Origin: Alphaproteobacteria bacterium
Lineage (GTDB): Bacteria; Pseudomonadota; Alphaproteobacteria; GCA-2731375
Direction: 5' to 3'
NCBI GenBank assembly: GCA_965225945.1
Contig: CBDDBZ010000039.1
Coordinates: forward strand, 160,001-224,000
DNA length: 64,000 nucleotides
The translations under genes were made by a program, and so were the position numbers. Under the pieces are notes generated by a model. That model was not told the DNA's origin. It ran no database searches and saw nothing but the letters and a program-made list of their open reading frames with translations. Below are positions 61,945-64,000 of this stretch, piece after piece (position 1 is the first letter of the stretch; each line of letters begins with the position of its first letter).

Positions 61945-63167
61945 CACAGTACACGACTCGTTCATGCTGGCTTTGGCCTGGGCACCTGGACTGGTGGTTT
62001 TCCGGGGACGAGGAAACGAATCAGCTCAATGGCTTGACGCCTGTCGATAGGATTGACGAGCTGTCGCCTTATCCACTCGAAACCGTATCGGAAGATGGAT
62101 TTTGCCATCCTTTTGTGGGTTTTGAGGCGGATCGGCTCGGCCTCGTGGAGCCAATCGCCGACTTTGTGCGCCCAGCAGAAGGTGATGGAAAGGACGGCGG
62201 TGAGCTTGGAGATGCGCTCCGGGTCGGTCATGTGGGTGTCTTCGAGGTTGAAGCCACGGGTTTTCAAGGCGGCGAAGAGGGTCTCGATTTGCCAGCGCTG
62301 GGCGTAGATGGCCAAGGCCTCCTCGGGCGCGTCGTTGGTCACGACGATCAACAGTTCGCCGGTCTTGAGATGGAGCGCGGCGACGAAGACGGGCCTGGCC
62401 TTGGGTTTTCTGGCCTCCGAGAGGCGCCTGGCGTTGGAGAGGATGCGGCTTTCCCCGGGTTTGAGGTCGCGAAACAGCTCCCTCGCCTTGACCATGCGAC
62501 CACGCGTGTTGGCGATCTTGATGTTGGATCGGATGCGGATGTGAAAGGGGATGGCCTTTTCCTGCAACCATGCCAGCCAGGCGTCGCCGATGAATTCCCG
62601 GTCGGCCAGGAGGCTGGCGATCTTGTCGACCCCGAAGAGCCGGAGGACGTGTTCGAGGATCGCGATCCGCTCCTTGGTATTGGAATTGCCCGCCTTGTCG
62701 AGCACCCGCCAGCACACGGGAATGGCGATGGCGCGGTTGACGATGCCGATCATCAAGATGTTGACGTCGCGGCGACCCAGCCGCCAGTTGGTCCGGTCCA
62801 TGGTCAGCCGCCACGGCCCCGCCTGGAGCCCCATCATCGCGACCAGGAACTCGGCGAGGCGATCGTAATCGAAATCGACTTGCTCGAAAAACCGTTGCAG
62901 GCGCCGATAGTTGGAGCTGGATCGCGCGCGCCCCGGAAAGTGGCAGGCCAAGTGAGAGAGGTTCACCGTCCGGGCGACGAACACGCCGAAGACCAAGACG
63001 CAAAGGCTCTCCAGACGGCTCTTGCGAAAGGCGAAGCCGCATCGTAGCGTCTCACGCAGGGCGTTGATCGGGTTGTCTCGCATGATTTCCCTCTTGACTC
63101 GTCGTGGAGTGAATCGGGAATCCTACAACCTTTTCAACGTCCTACGTAAATGCCGTCGTGTACCATG
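61945..63167 (-). mobile_element. IS4-family element copy 2 (1223 bp; 8-bp target duplication CCGTTCGG)
   Basis: Same IRs as copy 1; direct repeats at 61937-61944 and 63168-63175. Confidence 0.92.
61962..63083 (-). CDS. IS4-family transposase (intact YREK motif)
   Basis: Protein identical to 36103-37224 except E in RWQIE. Confidence 0.93.
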   Translation of the reverse strand: MRDNPINALRETLRCGFAFRKSRLESLCVLVFGVFVARTVNLSHLACHFPGRARSSSNYRRLQRFFEQVDFDYDRLAEFLVAMMGLQAGPWRLTMDRTNWRLGRRDVNILMIGIVNRAIAIPVCWRVLDKAGNSNTKERIAILEHVLRLFGVDKIASLLADREFIGDAWLAWLQEKAIPFHIRIRSNIKIANTRGRMVKARELFRDLKPGESRILSNARRLSEARKPKARPVFVAALHLKTGELLIVVTNDAPEEALAIYAQRWQIETLFAALKTRGFNLEDTHMTDPERISKLTAVLSITFCWAHKVGDWLHEAEPIRLKTHKRMAKSIFRYGFEWIRRQLVNPIDRRQAIELIRFLVPGKPPVQVPRPKPA

Positions 63168-63299
63168 CCGTTCGGATAAAATTACTCTATTCTTCAAAGA
63201 GATAGAGCAGCTTTGTCCGCCAGTTGGATCGCCGGAAGCGAATTCCTTTTGGACGGATGCTGCTCTAGCGGATCGGCGAGGGGTCGAGCACGCGCGGCC

Positions 63300-64000
63300 T
63301 CACGAGGCCCGCTCGGCCACCTTTTGGGCCTCCAATGCCGGGTAGTCGATCGGACCTTCCGCCGCCACGCGCCGCAACTGGCCGTTCCGCGCCTTCACCA
63401 TCCAGGTGATCGCCTCGTTGTACGGCGTCGCAATGCCCAGCGCGCGGCCTTCGCGGACCACGGCGCCGTTGAGCGCGTCGATCTCGGTAACGCGGTTCGC
63501 CTCCATGTGCTGCAGCATCGAGGGTTTGTTGAACTTGAAAGTGTAGGCCTTGATGTGGCCCATGGGATCGGGCGTCGCCAGGCGGATGCCCTTGGCCTCG
63601 GCGACGGCGATCGCCTCCTCTATTACCTTGGTCTGCATCCGGTCCGCGCCCTCGTGCAGCGGGATCTCGCCGACCCTGAGGTCGAGGAGCGCGCAGAGCG
63701 GGTTCAGCGCGCAGTTGTGGATGAACTTGCTCCACACGATCCCCATGACGTTGTCGGAGATTTCCGGCGCGAGCCCGGCGCGCTCCAGCAGCGCGGCGAT
63801 CGCTTGGGCCCGCTGGCTGGTCCGTCCGTAGAGCTCGCCCAGATAAGTCTTGCCGGCATGGGTGTGGCGCGGCTGGCCGGGCCCCGCCATCGAGCCGCTG
63901 TGGTAGCTGACGCCGCCCAGCACTTGCGCCTCGCCGAGGGCGGCGATCAGGGCTTCGACGTTGCCGATGCCGTTCTGCAGCGTGATCGCCACGCCGTCAG
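63300..64000 (-). CDS. 2-dehydropantoate 2-reductase (PanE/ApbA) family, start beyond the window
   Basis: TLQNGIG, VWSKFIHNCALNPL, PSMLQH, TEIDALNGAVV. Confidence 0.9.
   Translation of the reverse strand, partial: DGVAITLQNGIGNVEALIAALGEAQVLGGVSYHSGSMAGPGQPRHTHAGKTYLGELYGRTSQRAQAIAALLERAGLAPEISDNVMGIVWSKFIHNCALNPLCALLDLRVGEIPLHEGADRMQTKVIEEAIAVAEAKGIRLATPDPMGHIKAYTFKFNKPSMLQHMEANRVTEIDALNGAVVREGRALGIATPYNEAITWMVKARNGQLRRVAAEGPIDYPALEAQKVAERAS

Noticed and set aside
58137-63047. 1636-aa plus-strand ORF and other long antisense ORFs (e.g. 680-2437, 7777-9588, 46523-48427)
   Set aside because: Shadow frames of real genes in high-GC DNA; no motifs, and the longest runs across an IS boundary.
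36086-63167. Composite transposon bounded by the two IS4 copies
   Set aside because: Each copy has its own distinct target duplication, indicating independent insertions.

Overview
High-GC bacterial chromosome segment, very probably an Alphaproteobacterium (priA-transaldolase-DUF484-xerC and thrC-M16 peptidase-rimJ synteny, a CtrA-like box). It is dominated by catabolic and redox genes: three TRAP loci, three TauD-family and one PhyH-family dioxygenase, a BVMO, a P450, E1 alpha/beta, ETF, a sulfatase and SDRs. It also holds one tRNA-Ser(GGA), five IS/integrase elements (four with recognisable inverted repeats and target duplications) and at least six gene remnants. The main hidden signal, missed by the ORF track, is three genes split by an in-frame TGA at a redox-active position, each followed by a SECIS-like hairpin. 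These are probable selenoproteins: a UGSC-motif protein (3826-4356), a BCP/PrxQ peroxiredoxin (44905-45351) and a glutathione S-transferase (51700-52395). The UGSC gene lies in an apparent operon of unknown function with a CxxC-tailed partner, a CoA-transferase, a PhyH dioxygenase and a CnbZ-like deaminase. A second unusual unit is a cytoplasmic sulfite-oxidase-family Mo enzyme co-transcribed with etfBA and hit by two IS elements. All family calls come from motif recognition by eye; no database searches were run.
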